Shown: positions 8,833-18,889 of the stretch, piece after piece
How the letters are laid out: each line of letters begins with the position of its first letter
Numbering within the stretch: position 1 is the first letter of the stretch
Assembly: GCA_964638035.1 (NCBI GenBank)
Contig: CAZWXD010000006.1
Span: 274 to 64,273 of the forward strand
Reading direction: 5' to 3'
Source: an uncultured Gemmatimonadaceae bacterium
Lineage (GTDB): Bacteria > Gemmatimonadota > Gemmatimonadetes > Gemmatimonadales > GWC2-71-9
Length of the DNA: 64,000 nt
Notes under the pieces: model-generated
The model's input: only the letters and a program-made list of their open reading frames with translations
Databases searched by the model: none
What the model was told of the DNA's origin: nothing
Program-made: the position numbers and the translations under genes

Positions 8833-11064
8833 GTGATGATGGGGGGCCCACCTGGGTGTCGCCCCGGGCTGGTCACATTCTTGCCCTCCGGACGGCATCC
8901 CCTCCAGGCAGCCCGGATGCCCGAGAGTCCGACCGCGTTCCTGAAGACCCGCGTGGCCCGCCGCATCCTGGGCCTCTTCCTGCTGTGCGCGATCCTCCCG
9001 GTCGTCCTCCTCGCCACCGTGGTGTACCGGCATGTCTCCCGGCAACTGCTGGAGCAGGCGCAGGAGCGCCTCGTGGCGTCGAGCCGGGCGGTCACCATGG
9101 AGCTGCTCCAGCGCCTCCAACGGGTGTCCTCGACGGTCGAACGCGCCAGCGTCTCCGTCGAGCTGCGACCGCGGGAATGGGCTCCCGACAGCCTGCTGCG
9201 CCCCTCCCTGCTTGAACAGGGGATCACGGCGATGGTGGTCGAGCGCGAGGGTCGCTGGCAGATGCTGGCCGGGCGCCCCGGTGCCCTGCCCGAGCTGCCA
9301 GCAGGCGCCGAGCGCCACCTGCTCACGGGTCGCCCGAGGCTCCTCGTGGATACCACGGCCCAGTCGCCGCGACTCTGGTTGGTACGCACGCTGGACTCCC
9401 CGGCCACCTTGCTCTGGGCCGAGGTCAACCCGGCCGTGCTCTGGGGCACCGGGGCGGGCCAGGCGCTGGTGCCGCCCGGCCAGGGCCTGTGTGTGCTGGC
9501 CCGGGGCACCGCGCTCCTGTGTCCCCCGGCGATGCTGGAGGCGCTCGCGCATGCGCGCGACACCGGGGAACGCACCCTCGAATGGGTTGGCACGGACGGG
9601 CGTTTCATTGCCGGCTTGAGCGCCATGCCGCTGGGCTTCGACTACGGGGCGGACGACTGGCGCGTGGTGATCGGGGAGTCGAGCGACCGCGTACTCGCCC
9701 CCCTGGCGGCGTTCCAGCGCTCCTTTGCGCTCGTGATTCTCCTGGCCCTCGTGGCCGTCACCGTCGTGAGCCATCGCCAGCTGACCCGGAGCCTGCGGCC
9801 CCTCGAGCAGTTGCGCGAGGGCACACGGCGGGTGGCGCGCGAGGACTTCAGCCATGCCGTCCGGGTTGATGGGAGCGATGAGTTCGCGGAGCTTGCGGGC
9901 TCGTTCAACGCCATGACCGACCGGCTGCGGCACTCGTTCGCGGCCATGCGTGCGAGCCGCCGCATCGACCAGGTGGCGCTGAGCTCACCCGACGCGTCGC
10001 TCATTGCCGACGCCGTGCTCGAGCAGGCGGCGGCATTGCTGCCCACCGAGCGCCTGATGCTGGTGCTCACCGGGCAGCAACCGGGCGATACCTGGGTCGT
10101 GGGGCGGGAACACGGGAACTGGTTGCCGATGGCCGTGCCGCCGGAGGTGCGCGCGGAGGCGGAGGCCCTGGAGGGCGAGTTGCACCTCGGGGCTGCCGAC
10201 GCCGGCCGCCACCGGCTCTTCTGTGCCCTTGGCATTCCCGCGGGGCGGTGGCTGCTCCTGCCGCTCCGCCACCGCGGCCGCCTGGCCGGCCTGGTCCTGG
10301 TGGCCACGAATGAGCGCAGCGGGACCGAGACCCTCATGATTGCCCGGGGCCTGGCCGACCAGGTCGCGATGGCGCTCGCGCATGCGACACTCTTCCGCGA
10401 GCTGGACGCCATGGGCTGGGGGGCGCTGCGCGCGCTGGCCCGGGCGATCGACGCCAACTCGCCATGGACGGCCGGCCATTCGGAGCGCGTGGCGCTCCTC
10501 GCGTCAGCCACGGGGCGCGAACTGGGCCTGGCCGACACCGACCTCGACCGGGTGCACCGGGGTAGCCTCCTCCACGACATCGGGAAGATCGGCGTGCCAG
10601 CCGAGGTGCTGAACAAGGCGGGCCGCCTGAGCCCGGCAGAGCTCGACCAGGTGCGGGCACACCCGGCCCTGGGTGCCAGGATCCTGGCACCGATCGACGC
10701 CTATGCCGACCTCCTCCCATTGGTGCTGTCACACCATGAGTTGCTCGACGGGTCGGGATATCCCCACGGCCTCAAGGGCGATGCAATCCCGCCCCTGGTG
10801 CGCCTCCTGACGGTGGCCGATGTCTTTGATGCGCTCGTGTCGGATCGGCCCTATCGTGGGGCCTGGAACGCCAGGAAGGCGCTGGACTACATCGCCGGGG
10901 GCGCCGGCGTGACCTTCGACCCCGCCGTCGTGACCGCCTTCGAGCGGGTGCTCCGGCGTGGTTCGGAGGACATCGGGGTCGCCTATCCGGCACTCGACGC
11001 GCAGCTCCGCCGCGCCGGCGGCTTCTCGCGGGGGGCGCCCACCGGCGTCGTGTTCGTCAGCTGA
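8833..11064 (+). CDS. Membrane sensor protein: two TM helices around a ~250 aa extracytoplasmic region, then HAMP, a GAF-like region and an HD-GYP domain (putative c-di-GMP phosphodiesterase)
   Basis: HAMP-like LRPLEQLREGTRRVAREDFSHAV...FNAMTDRL. HD-GYP motifs HSERVA, LLHDIGKIGVP and HHELLDGSGYPHGLKG. Alternative start ATG 8917 (MPESPTAF). Confidence 0.85.
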   Translation: MMMGGPPGCRPGLVTFLPSGRHPLQAARMPESPTAFLKTRVARRILGLFLLCAILPVVLLATVVYRHVSRQLLEQAQERLVASSRAVTMELLQRLQRVSSTVERASVSVELRPREWAPDSLLRPSLLEQGITAMVVEREGRWQMLAGRPGALPELPAGAERHLLTGRPRLLVDTTAQSPRLWLVRTLDSPATLLWAEVNPAVLWGTGAGQALVPPGQGLCVLARGTALLCPPAMLEALAHARDTGERTLEWVGTDGRFIAGLSAMPLGFDYGADDWRVVIGESSDRVLAPLAAFQRSFALVILLALVAVTVVSHRQLTRSLRPLEQLREGTRRVAREDFSHAVRVDGSDEFAELAGSFNAMTDRLRHSFAAMRASRRIDQVALSSPDASLIADAVLEQAAALLPTERLMLVLTGQQPGDTWVVGREHGNWLPMAVPPEVRAEAEALEGELHLGAADAGRHRLFCALGIPAGRWLLLPLRHRGRLAGLVLVATNERSGTETLMIARGLADQVAMALAHATLFRELDAMGWGALRALARAIDANSPWTAGHSERVALLASATGRELGLADTDLDRVHRGSLLHDIGKIGVPAEVLNKAGRLSPAELDQVRAHPALGARILAPIDAYADLLPLVLSHHELLDGSGYPHGLKGDAIPPLVRLLTVADVFDALVSDRPYRGAWNARKALDYIAGGAGVTFDPAVVTAFERVLRRGSEDIGVAYPALDAQLRRAGGFSRGAPTGVVFVS

Positions 11065-11082
11065 CCGCCGGGTATATTCCCG

Positions 11083-12099
11083 GTGATGCTCGACACCCTC
11101 CAGCGACCCCTCCGCAGCCTGCGCCTGTCTGTCACCGATCGCTGCAACATGCGCTGCGGTTACTGCATGCCGGAGGCGACGTACACCTGGCTCCCGCGCG
11201 CGTCCATCCTCACCTACGAGGAAATGACACGCCTGGTGCGCGTCCACGCGGCGCTGGGCGTGACCCGGGTCCGGCTGACTGGCGGTGAGCCGCTCCTCCG
11301 GCACGACCTTGCATCGCTCGTTGCGAGGCTGGCCCAGGTCAGGGGGATCACCGACATCGCGTTGACCACCAACGGCCTGCTGCTCCGGCGCGACGCTGCG
11401 GCGCTCCGGGGCGCTGGCCTGGACCGCGTCACGGTGAGCCTCGACACCCTCGATCCGGCGCGCGCCCGGGCCTTTGCCCGCGTGGACCGGCACGGCGACA
11501 TCCTGGATGGCATCACGGCCGCACGGGAGGCCGGCTTCGAGGTCAAGCTCAACACCGTCGTGATCCGCGGGTTCAACGACGACGAGCTGGCCGGCCTCCT
11601 GGCCCATGCGCGCCAGGTCGGTGCAGAGCTGCGGTTCATCGAGTACATGGACGTCGGTGGCGCCACCGGCTGGTCCCTGGACGCCGTGGTCTCCCGCGCG
11701 GAGATGCTGACCCGGCTGCAAGGGGCCTTCGGCGCCGTCGAGCCGCTGCCGGGGCGGGGGGCGGCGCCCGCCGAGCGCTTCCGACTGCCGGACGGGACGG
11801 CGTTCGGCATCGTCGCGTCCACCACGGCGCCGTTCTGCCGCGATTGCGACCGCGCTCGCCTCACCGCCGACGGCCACTGGTTCACCTGCCTCTATGCCGC
11901 GGAGGGCCTCGACCTCCGCGAACCACTGCGAACCGGCGCAGCCGACGCCGATATCGCCAGCCTCCTCGCTGCCGCGTGGACGCGCCGGACCGACCGGGGT
12001 GCCGAGGAGCGGGTGGCGCTCCAGGGCCGCTCGGCCCTCGTGCCACGCGAGGCGTTGCGTGCCGATCCCCTGCGCGAGATGCACACGCGCGGGGGCTGA
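11083..12099 (+). CDS. moaA: GTP 3',8-cyclase (radical SAM Moco biosynthesis protein A)
   Basis: Radical-SAM motif CNMRCGYCMPE, LTGGEPLLR, C-terminal cluster CRDCDRARLTADG. Confidence 0.95.
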   Translation: MMLDTLQRPLRSLRLSVTDRCNMRCGYCMPEATYTWLPRASILTYEEMTRLVRVHAALGVTRVRLTGGEPLLRHDLASLVARLAQVRGITDIALTTNGLLLRRDAAALRGAGLDRVTVSLDTLDPARARAFARVDRHGDILDGITAAREAGFEVKLNTVVIRGFNDDELAGLLAHARQVGAELRFIEYMDVGGATGWSLDAVVSRAEMLTRLQGAFGAVEPLPGRGAAPAERFRLPDGTAFGIVASTTAPFCRDCDRARLTADGHWFTCLYAAEGLDLREPLRTGAADADIASLLAAAWTRRTDRGAEERVALQGRSALVPREALRADPLREMHTRGG

Positions 12100-12125
12100 C
12101 CGCCATCACCCCTGCCTTCGAGCCC

Positions 12126-12689
12126 ATGCCTCACGTCGCCCTCATCGAACCGCGCATCCCACCCAACACCGGCAACATCGCGCGGCTCTGTGCCGCCGCC
12201 GACGTGCCCCTGCACCTGATCGGGCCGCTGGGCTTCTCGCTCGACGAGAAGGAGGTCCGCCGCGCCGGCCTCGACTACTGGGACCGAACCGACCTCTGGG
12301 TACACGAGAACTGGTTTGCCTTCCGGGACGCGATCGCGCGGGAGCGGTGCTTCTACTTCTCGGCCAATGCCACGCGCGACTACACCAGCGTGCCCTGGGC
12401 CCGGAACTCCGTCCTGGTGTTCGGCAGCGAGACCGACGGGCTGCCCGCGCGCATCATCGAGAAGCATCCCGAGCGCTGCTTCCGCATTCCCATGCCCGGG
12501 GATGTGCGGAGCCTGAACCTGGCCAACGCTGTGAGCATCGTACTCTACGAGTCCCTGCGCCAGCTGGGGCTGCCCGCGACCGGGCTCGAGCCGCCTGGCC
12601 ACGAGCCCGAGGGGGATGGTGCCTCCGGGGCAGCACCCCGTGCCGCCAGCCGGCGGCCGCGCCGGGGCAGGGGCCGGACGAGGGGCTGA
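12126..12689 (+). CDS. trmL: SpoU/TrmL-type tRNA 2'-O-methyltransferase with basic low-complexity C-terminal tail
   Basis: IALIEPRIPPNTGNIARLCAA and SLNLANAVSIVLYE (SPOUT knot) motifs. ATG 12126 inside ORF 11844..12689. Confidence 0.85.
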   Translation: MPHVALIEPRIPPNTGNIARLCAAADVPLHLIGPLGFSLDEKEVRRAGLDYWDRTDLWVHENWFAFRDAIARERCFYFSANATRDYTSVPWARNSVLVFGSETDGLPARIIEKHPERCFRIPMPGDVRSLNLANAVSIVLYESLRQLGLPATGLEPPGHEPEGDGASGAAPRAASRRPRRGRGRTRG

Positions 12690-12690
12690 G

Positions 12691-12714
12691 GCCGCCGCCA
12701 CGGGGTGCGGCGGC
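12691..12714 (+). terminator. GC-rich hairpin after trmL (possible intrinsic terminator, no U-tract)
   Basis: GCCGCCGC-cacggggt-GCGGCGGC, a perfect 8-bp stem starting 2 nt after the trmL stop. Confidence 0.4.
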
Positions 12715-12795
12715 GATTGGCGACCGGCGCACCCGTGTCGCTAACTTGTCGCGGCTCGATCCGCTCCAGTTCACCATCGTCAAACGGGGACATTC

Positions 12796-13725
12796 ATGCT
12801 GCAGAAGGTGGCGGTCGTCGGTGCGGGTAACGTCGGGGCCACCGCGGCCCAGCGCCTGGCCGAACGGAACCTGGCGCGGACCGTCGTGCTGATCGACGTG
12901 GTCGAGGGCGTGCCGCAGGGCAAGGCGCTCGACCAGTACCAGTCGGGCCCGATCGAGGGCTTCGACACGCGCGTCATCGGCACCAATGGGTATGACGAGG
13001 CGGCCGGCGCCGAGGTCTTCGTCGTGACCGCCGGCATCGCGCGGAAGCCGGGCATGAGCCGTGACGACCTGGTGAAGACCAATGCCGGCATCGTGAAGTC
13101 GGTGAGCGAGCAGGTGAAGCGGGTGGCGCCCGGCGCCATCGTGGTGGTGGTCTCCAACCCGCTCGACGTGATGTGCCACGTGGCCATGCAGGCCACCGGC
13201 TTCCCGCGTGAGCGGGTCATCGGCATGGCGGGCGTGCTCGACACCGCCCGCTACCGGATGTTCCTGGCCGAGGCCATCGGGGTTTCGGTGGAAGACATCC
13301 AGGCCATGGTCCTGGGCGGGCACGGCGACACCATGGTGCCCCTCGTGTCGTACACCACCGTCTCCGGCATCCCGGTGCGCCAGCTGCTCGACGCGGCGAA
13401 GCTCGACGCGATCGTGGACCGCGCCCGCAACGGTGGCGCCGAGATCGTGGCGCACCTGAAGACCGGGTCGGCCTACTATGCCCCGAGTGCCGCCGCCGTG
13501 CAGATGGTGGAGGCCATCGCGCTCGACCGGAAGCGCATTCTCCCGTGCTCGGCGTGGCTCACCGGTGAGTACGGCCTCCGGGATGTCTTCTGTGGCGTGC
13601 CGGTGAAGCTCGGCCGCAAGGGCCTGGAGCAGGTGGTCGAGATCGAGCTGACCGCCGACGAGCGCAAGGCGCTCGCTGCGTCGGCCGAAGCGGTGCGCAG
13701 CACGATGAAGGCGCTCGGGGCCTGA
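12796..13725 (+). CDS. mdh: Malate dehydrogenase (LDH-like family)
   Basis: [12 protein letters not shown] Rossmann motif, [22 protein letters not shown]. Confidence 0.95.
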   Translation: MLQKVAVVGAGNVGATAAQRLAERNLARTVVLIDVVEGVPQGKALDQYQSGPIEGFDTRVIGTNGYDEAAGAEVFVVTAGIARKPGMSRDDLVKTNAGIVKSVSEQVKRVAPGAIVVVVSNPLDVMCHVAMQATGFPRERVIGMAGVLDTARYRMFLAEAIGVSVEDIQAMVLGGHGDTMVPLVSYTTVSGIPVRQLLDAAKLDAIVDRARNGGAEIVAHLKTGSAYYAPSAAAVQMVEAIALDRKRILPCSAWLTGEYGLRDVFCGVPVKLGRKGLEQVVEIELTADERKALAASAEAVRSTMKALGA

Positions 13726-13728
13726 CGC

Positions 13729-14388
13729 ATGGGCCGGCTCCGGACGTTCTGGGACGCCGCGATCGGGAAGAAGGCCGTCATGGCCGTGACGGGCCTCATC
13801 CTGGTCAGCTTCGTCGTCCTGCACATGGTGGGCAACCTCCAGGCCTTCCAGGGTGCCGAGCGCCTCGATGCCTACGGGCGCCTGCTGCACGGGCCCCTGA
13901 ACGAGGTGGTCTGGGCCACGCGCGTCGTGCTCCTCGTGGCGCTGGTCCTCCACGTGACGGCCGCGGTGCAGCTCATCCAGCGCAACCGGGCGGCCCGGCC
14001 CACGGCGTACGGCAAGGTCGTGCCGCAGGTGTCCACCGTCGCCGCGCGCACCTTGCGCTGGGGCGGGTTCCTCCTGCTGGCGTTCATCATCTACCACCTG
14101 CTCGACCTCACCATCGGCTCCGTCAACCCCGACTTCCGGCAGGGCGAGGTCTATCACAACCTCGTGTCCTCCCTCAGCCGGCGGCCGGTCGCCCTCTTCT
14201 ACCTCCTGGCCATGGCCGCCCTGGGGCTGCACCTCTTCCACGGGCTCTGGAGCAGCATCCGGTCGCTGGGGCTCGCCCCGGCGCGCGCGGCGCCCCTCCG
14301 GCGCCGCGTGGTGCTGCTGCTGGCGATGGTCGTCGCCCTGGGCTTCGCCGTCGTCCCGCTGGCCGTCGTGCTCGGATGGGTTCGCTGA
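13729..14388 (+). CDS. sdhC: Succinate dehydrogenase/fumarate reductase cytochrome b subunit (single-subunit, b558-type anchor)
   Basis: 219 aa with about five hydrophobic segments and conserved His residues ([36 protein letters not shown]). Directly upstream of sdhA, with no separate sdhD. Confidence 0.85.
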   Translation: MGRLRTFWDAAIGKKAVMAVTGLILVSFVVLHMVGNLQAFQGAERLDAYGRLLHGPLNEVVWATRVVLLVALVLHVTAAVQLIQRNRAARPTAYGKVVPQVSTVAARTLRWGGFLLLAFIIYHLLDLTIGSVNPDFRQGEVYHNLVSSLSRRPVALFYLLAMAALGLHLFHGLWSSIRSLGLAPARAAPLRRRVVLLLAMVVALGFAVVPLAVVLGWVR

Positions 14389-14410
14389 TGCCGTCGCACC
14401 GGGAGTTCGC

Positions 14411-16324
14411 ATGACGCTCGATTCGAAGGTTCCCGCCGGGCCGCTGGCCGCGAAGTGGACGCGCCACAAGTTCGAGATGAAGCTGGTGAACCCCGCCAAC
14501 AAGCGGCGGCACACCGTGCTGGTGGTGGGCAGCGGTCTCGCGGGCGCCTCGGCCGCGGCCAGCCTGAGCGAGCTGGGCTACCACGTCCACTGCTTCTGCT
14601 TCCAGGATTCCCCGCGCCGCGCCCACTCCATCGCCGCCCAGGGCGGGATCAACGCCGCCAAGAACTACCAGAACGACGGGGACAGCGTCTGGCGCCTCTT
14701 CTACGACACCGTGAAGGGGGGCGACTTCCGGGCGCGCGAGGCCAACGTTCACCGGCTGGCCGAGATCAGCGTGCAGATCATAGACCAGTGCGTGGCCCAG
14801 GGCGTGCCGTTCGCGCGCGAGTATGGCGGCCTCCTGGCCAACCGCTCCTTCGGCGGGGCGCAGGTGTCCCGGACGTTCTACGCCCGCGGGCAAACCGGCC
14901 AGCAACTCCTGCTCGGGGCCTACCAGGCGCTCGAGAAGGAGATCCAGCGGGGCGGGGTGACCATGCACCCGCGCACCGAGATGCTCGACCTCGTGCTGGT
15001 GGATGGCCACGCACGCGGCATCGTGGTGCGCAACCTCGAGACGGGCGAGGTCACCTCCTTTGCCGGTGACGCCGTCGTGCTGGCCACGGGGGGCTACGGG
15101 AACGTCTTCTTCCTCTCCACCAATGCCAAGGGCTCCAACGCCACCGCCTCCTGGCGGGCGCACCGGCGGGGCGCGTACTTCGCCAATCCGTGCTACACCC
15201 AGATCCATCCCACCTGCATTCCCGTGAGCGGTGACTACCAGTCCAAGCTCACGCTCATGTCGGAGTCCCTGCGCAACGACGGCCGCGTCTGGGTGCCGAA
15301 GCAGAAGGGGGATCGCCGCTCACCCGAGCAGATCTCCGAGGCGGAGCGGGACTACTACCTCGAGCGGAAGTATCCCGCGTTCGGCAACCTCGCCCCGCGG
15401 GATATCTCCAGTCGCGCGGCCAAGGAGGTGTGTGACGACGGGCGTGGCGTCGGCCCCGGGGGGCGCGGGGTCTACCTCGACTTTGCCGATGCCATCCGGC
15501 GCCTGGGCCAACCGGCCATCGCCGAGCGGTACGGCAACCTCTTCGACATGTACAAGCAGATCACCGACGAGGACCCCTACCGGGTGCCGATGCGCATCTA
15601 CCCGGCGGTGCACTACACCATGGGCGGGCTCTGGGTCGACTACAACCTGATGAGCACCATCCCGGGGCTGCACGTGCTGGGGGAGGCGAACTTCTCCGAT
15701 CACGGCGCCAACCGCCTCGGCGCCTCGGCCCTCATGCAGGGCCTGGCCGACGGCTACTTCATCATCCCGCTCACGATCGGCGACTACCTGGCGACAGCGA
15801 AGCCCGGGCCGGTCTCCACCGACCATCCCGAGTTTGCCCGGGTGGAGGCCGAGGTCAGGCAGCGCACCGAGCGGCTGCTGGGTATCAGGGGGCATCGCTC
15901 GGTCGACTCGTTCCACCGCGAGCTGGGCAAGGTGATGTGGGAGAAGTGCGGCATGGCACGCACGGCCGCCGGCCTCCGCGAGGCGCTGCAGGAAATTCCT
16001 CGCCTCCGGGAGCAGTTCTGGCGCGACCTCCGGGTGCCCGGGAGCGGGGCGGAACTCAACCAGTCACTCGAGAAAGCGGGGCGGGTGGCGGACTTCCTCG
16101 AGCTGGCGGAACTCACCTGCCGTGACGCCCTGGAGCGCCAGGAGTCCTGCGGCGGCCACTTCCGCACCGAGTACCAGACCGAGGACGGGGAGGCGAAGCG
16201 GGACGACGCCCGGTTCTGCAACGTGGCCGCGTGGGAGTGGCGGGGCGAGGGAGCGGCCCCCGTGCGTCACGTGGAGCCGCTCACCTTCGAGAACGTGACC
16301 CTTTCAACCAGGTCGTACAAGTGA
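14411..16324 (+). CDS. sdhA: Succinate dehydrogenase/fumarate reductase flavoprotein subunit
   Basis: [15 protein letters not shown] motif, [14 protein letters not shown] (FAD-attachment His region), HYTMGGL. Confidence 0.95.
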   Translation: MTLDSKVPAGPLAAKWTRHKFEMKLVNPANKRRHTVLVVGSGLAGASAAASLSELGYHVHCFCFQDSPRRAHSIAAQGGINAAKNYQNDGDSVWRLFYDTVKGGDFRAREANVHRLAEISVQIIDQCVAQGVPFAREYGGLLANRSFGGAQVSRTFYARGQTGQQLLLGAYQALEKEIQRGGVTMHPRTEMLDLVLVDGHARGIVVRNLETGEVTSFAGDAVVLATGGYGNVFFLSTNAKGSNATASWRAHRRGAYFANPCYTQIHPTCIPVSGDYQSKLTLMSESLRNDGRVWVPKQKGDRRSPEQISEAERDYYLERKYPAFGNLAPRDISSRAAKEVCDDGRGVGPGGRGVYLDFADAIRRLGQPAIAERYGNLFDMYKQITDEDPYRVPMRIYPAVHYTMGGLWVDYNLMSTIPGLHVLGEANFSDHGANRLGASALMQGLADGYFIIPLTIGDYLATAKPGPVSTDHPEFARVEAEVRQRTERLLGIRGHRSVDSFHRELGKVMWEKCGMARTAAGLREALQEIPRLREQFWRDLRVPGSGAELNQSLEKAGRVADFLELAELTCRDALERQESCGGHFRTEYQTEDGEAKRDDARFCNVAAWEWRGEGAAPVRHVEPLTFENVTLSTRSYK

Positions 16325-16332
16325 CGGCGACA

Positions 16333-17106
16333 ATGCGCATCCGGCTCAGGATCTGGCGGCAGGCGGGCCCCGGGGCGGCAGGCGAGTTCCGGGAATACGA
16401 CCTGCCCGACGTCAGCCCCGACATGTCATTCCTCGAGATGCTGGACGTGCTGAATGAGGGCCTCACCGAGCGTGGCCAGGAGCCGGTGGCGTTCGACCAC
16501 GACTGTCGCGAGGGCATCTGCGGCAGTTGCGGCGTCATGATCGACGGGGTCGCCCATGGCCCGGTCAAGGGGACCACGGCGTGCCAACTCCACATGCGGA
16601 GTTTCCACGATGGGGACGTGATCACCGTGGAGCCCTGGCGCGCCCGGGCCTTCCCGGTGGTGCGCGACCTCGTGGTGGACCGCGGGGCTTTCGACCGGAT
16701 CATTGCCGCCGGGGGATACGTCACGGCCCACACCGGCAGCGCTCCCGATGGCAATGCCCTCCCCGTGCCCAAGCATGACGCCGACCTGGCCATGGACTAT
16801 GCCCAGTGCATCGGGTGCGGCGCCTGCGTTGCGGCCTGTCCCAACGGGTCCGCCTCCCTCTTCACGGCCGCGAAGGTGGCGCACCTGGGCCTCATGCCGC
16901 AGGGACAGGCCGAGCGGCATCGCCGGGCCCGGGCCATGGTACGCCAGATGGACCACGAGGGCTTCGGCGGGTGCACCCTCTTTGGCGAGTGCCAGGAGGC
17001 CTGCCCCAAGGAGATCAGCATTGACGCCATCACCCGCCTGAACGGCGACTTCCTGCGGGCGACAGCCGCTCCCGTGGTCCACGAGGCGTCCGGCGGCACC
17101 GGCTGA
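16333..17106 (+). CDS. sdhB: Succinate dehydrogenase/fumarate reductase iron-sulfur subunit
   Basis: Cluster motifs [22 protein letters not shown] and [15 protein letters not shown] 16333 is just after the sdhA stop (GTG 16321 is an alternative start). Confidence 0.95.
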   Translation: MRIRLRIWRQAGPGAAGEFREYDLPDVSPDMSFLEMLDVLNEGLTERGQEPVAFDHDCREGICGSCGVMIDGVAHGPVKGTTACQLHMRSFHDGDVITVEPWRARAFPVVRDLVVDRGAFDRIIAAGGYVTAHTGSAPDGNALPVPKHDADLAMDYAQCIGCGACVAACPNGSASLFTAAKVAHLGLMPQGQAERHRRARAMVRQMDHEGFGGCTLFGECQEACPKEISIDAITRLNGDFLRATAAPVVHEASGGTG

Positions 17107-17114
17107 CGGATGCC

Positions 17115-17136
17115 CACGGCGCGCCGGTGCGCCGTG
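17115..17136 (+). terminator. GC-rich hairpin after sdhB (possible terminator, no U-tract)
   Basis: CACGGCGC-gccggt-GCGCCGTG, a perfect 8-bp stem 9 nt after the sdhB stop. Confidence 0.35.
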
Positions 17137-17189
17137 CAGGCCGCACGTGCACGCGCCCGAAGGCTGCTCGTCTCCCAGCCGGTTCGCTC

Positions 17190-18422
17190 ATGGGTATCCC
17201 CGATTCCGTCCGGATCCTGGTGGCCCTGGCTTGGCCCGCGGCAATCTGGGTTGGTCCCGTTGCAGCCCAGGATCTCCGTGGGCACGTGATGGCGCAGGGC
17301 ATCCCGTCCCTCACCCAGGCCAACCCGGTGCCGGGCGGTGGAAACCTCGAGGAAGTGCGGCTGCTCCAGCCGGTGGCCATGGGCGATGTGGGTGCGGGCG
17401 CTGGTATCCGGGGGCGCCTGACCCTCAACTTCGAGAACTGGACGCTGCCGGAGGGAGAGCTTGCCGTCGGGAATGCAGGTGAGGGCTTCATGGACCGCCG
17501 CCACCCGCACACGGTGGTGCATGAGGCGGTGGCTTGGGGCGTCCTACATGGCGGGGCGTGGCGGGGAAGCATCACGGCAGGGAAGGGGTTTGTTCCGTTT
17601 GGCACCGACGACCCGATGTCGCGGCCCTTCGTCCGGTATCCGGTGAACCACCACCTGGCCCAGGTGCTGGAGCGGGCCGTGCTGGCCGGTGGGGTGCGCA
17701 GGGGTCCCGTGGCGGTGGAGGCCTCGCTCTTCAATGGGGACGAGCCGGAATCACCGACGCAGTGGCCCAACTGGTCCCGGTTCGGCGACTCGTGGTCCCT
17801 CCGCCTGACGCTGTTCCCGGTGCAGGGCGTCGAGGTGCAGGGTTCATTCGCGGACGTGGCGTCGCCCGAGCACCGCGGCGGCGCCGGCCTGGCGCAGCGC
17901 AAGTGGAGCTCGGCGGTGCGGCTGGAGCGGCAGGTTGGGCGCGTCGGCGCCTATGCCCTGGTCGAGTGGGCCCAAACGGATGAGGGCGATGCATTCACCT
18001 TCACGTCGGTGCTGGCCGAGGGCGCGGCGCGGCTCGGGCGACACCGGCTGGGATATCGCTTCGAGCGCACCAGCCGCCCGGAAGAGGAACGGCTCTTCGA
18101 CAACCCCTTCCGGTCGGTGCGTCCCCACCTCGACGACAACATCATCGGGATGACGCGCTGGACGCTGCACACGGTGCACTACGAGGCGCGCTTCAACGCC
18201 GGGCAGGTCGGGCTCACGCCTTATGTCGAGGTCACCGTCGGGTCGGTGGCCGACCTGGTGAACGGCGTCTTCAACGTGCAGGATTTCTACGGCTCGACGT
18301 CCATGCAGGGACTCCTGGCTGGACTGCGGGTGGACGTCGGGGGCGTGATGGGCCGCATGGGGCGCTATGGCGTGGTGGCACCGCCGGCGCCATGGATCAC
18401 CGGGGCGGGACACCAGCATTGA
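17190..18422 (+). CDS. Hypothetical secreted protein, beta-strand-rich (possible outer-membrane protein)
   Basis: Signal-peptide-like N-terminus MGIPDSVRILVALAWPAAIWVGPVAAQ from ATG 17190. Coding-type codon bias. No family motif recognised. Contains His-rich motifs (RRHPHTVVHE, C-terminal HQH). Confidence 0.5.
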   Translation: MGIPDSVRILVALAWPAAIWVGPVAAQDLRGHVMAQGIPSLTQANPVPGGGNLEEVRLLQPVAMGDVGAGAGIRGRLTLNFENWTLPEGELAVGNAGEGFMDRRHPHTVVHEAVAWGVLHGGAWRGSITAGKGFVPFGTDDPMSRPFVRYPVNHHLAQVLERAVLAGGVRRGPVAVEASLFNGDEPESPTQWPNWSRFGDSWSLRLTLFPVQGVEVQGSFADVASPEHRGGAGLAQRKWSSAVRLERQVGRVGAYALVEWAQTDEGDAFTFTSVLAEGAARLGRHRLGYRFERTSRPEEERLFDNPFRSVRPHLDDNIIGMTRWTLHTVHYEARFNAGQVGLTPYVEVTVGSVADLVNGVFNVQDFYGSTSMQGLLAGLRVDVGGVMGRMGRYGVVAPPAPWITGAGHQH

Positions 18423-18463
18423 TGGGCACGAGGCGCGACATCTCCAGACGAAAGGAGTACACC

Positions 18464-18883
18464 ATGAAGGGCCGCATGTTGCTCCTCGCAGCGCTTGCGC
18501 TGGGAGGATGCCAGGGCGATGGGGACTACGATCCAACCGTGCCGACGAGCATGGAACTCGTGGCCGGCAGCGGGCAATCCGGTGAACCTGGCGAGGTGCT
18601 GGGGGTGCCGTTCACGGTCCGGGTGCTCAACCTCGAGGGCGATCCGGTTGCGGGCGTCGAGGTCGAGTGGTTCAATGTCAGCGGCAATGGGAGCCTGAGC
18701 GCGGCGACCACGCTCACCGATGAGAACGGTATCGCGAGCGTGACCTACACCGTGGGGCCGCTCGTGGGCGAGCAGCGCTCGCAGGCTGTGCGTTCGAACC
18801 TGGCCGGGTCGCCAATCAACTTCAGCGTGACCGGTCGTCCCGGCGATGGTGGCGGCGATGGCGGTGGCGACGGCGAGACCTGA
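18464..18883 (+). CDS. Lipoprotein with a single bacterial Ig-like (Big-type) domain
   Basis: Signal peptide plus lipobox MKGRMLLLAALALGGC. Big-like pattern VPFTVRVLNLEGDPVAGVEVEWF...TDENGIASVTYTVG. GDGGGDGGGDGET tail. Confidence 0.65.
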   Translation: MKGRMLLLAALALGGCQGDGDYDPTVPTSMELVAGSGQSGEPGEVLGVPFTVRVLNLEGDPVAGVEVEWFNVSGNGSLSAATTLTDENGIASVTYTVGPLVGEQRSQAVRSNLAGSPINFSVTGRPGDGGGDGGGDGET

Positions 18884-18889
18884 GCCACC

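Noticed and set aside
12600-12689. Basic Gly/Arg/Pro-rich C-terminal tail of TrmL as a possible extra domain
   Set aside because: It is a low-complexity sequence of the kind GC-rich genomes add before the first available stop. It has no motif and is probably disordered or not functionally significant.
12454-14514. 686-aa reverse-strand ORF over mdh and sdhC
   Set aside because: It is antisense to well-supported genes and has no motifs. It is a GC artefact.
18791-18800. CGTTCGAACC, reminiscent of a tRNA T-arm
   Set aside because: It lies inside the Big-domain lipoprotein CDS and has no surrounding cloverleaf complementarity. I found no tRNA-like structure anywhere in the intergenic regions.
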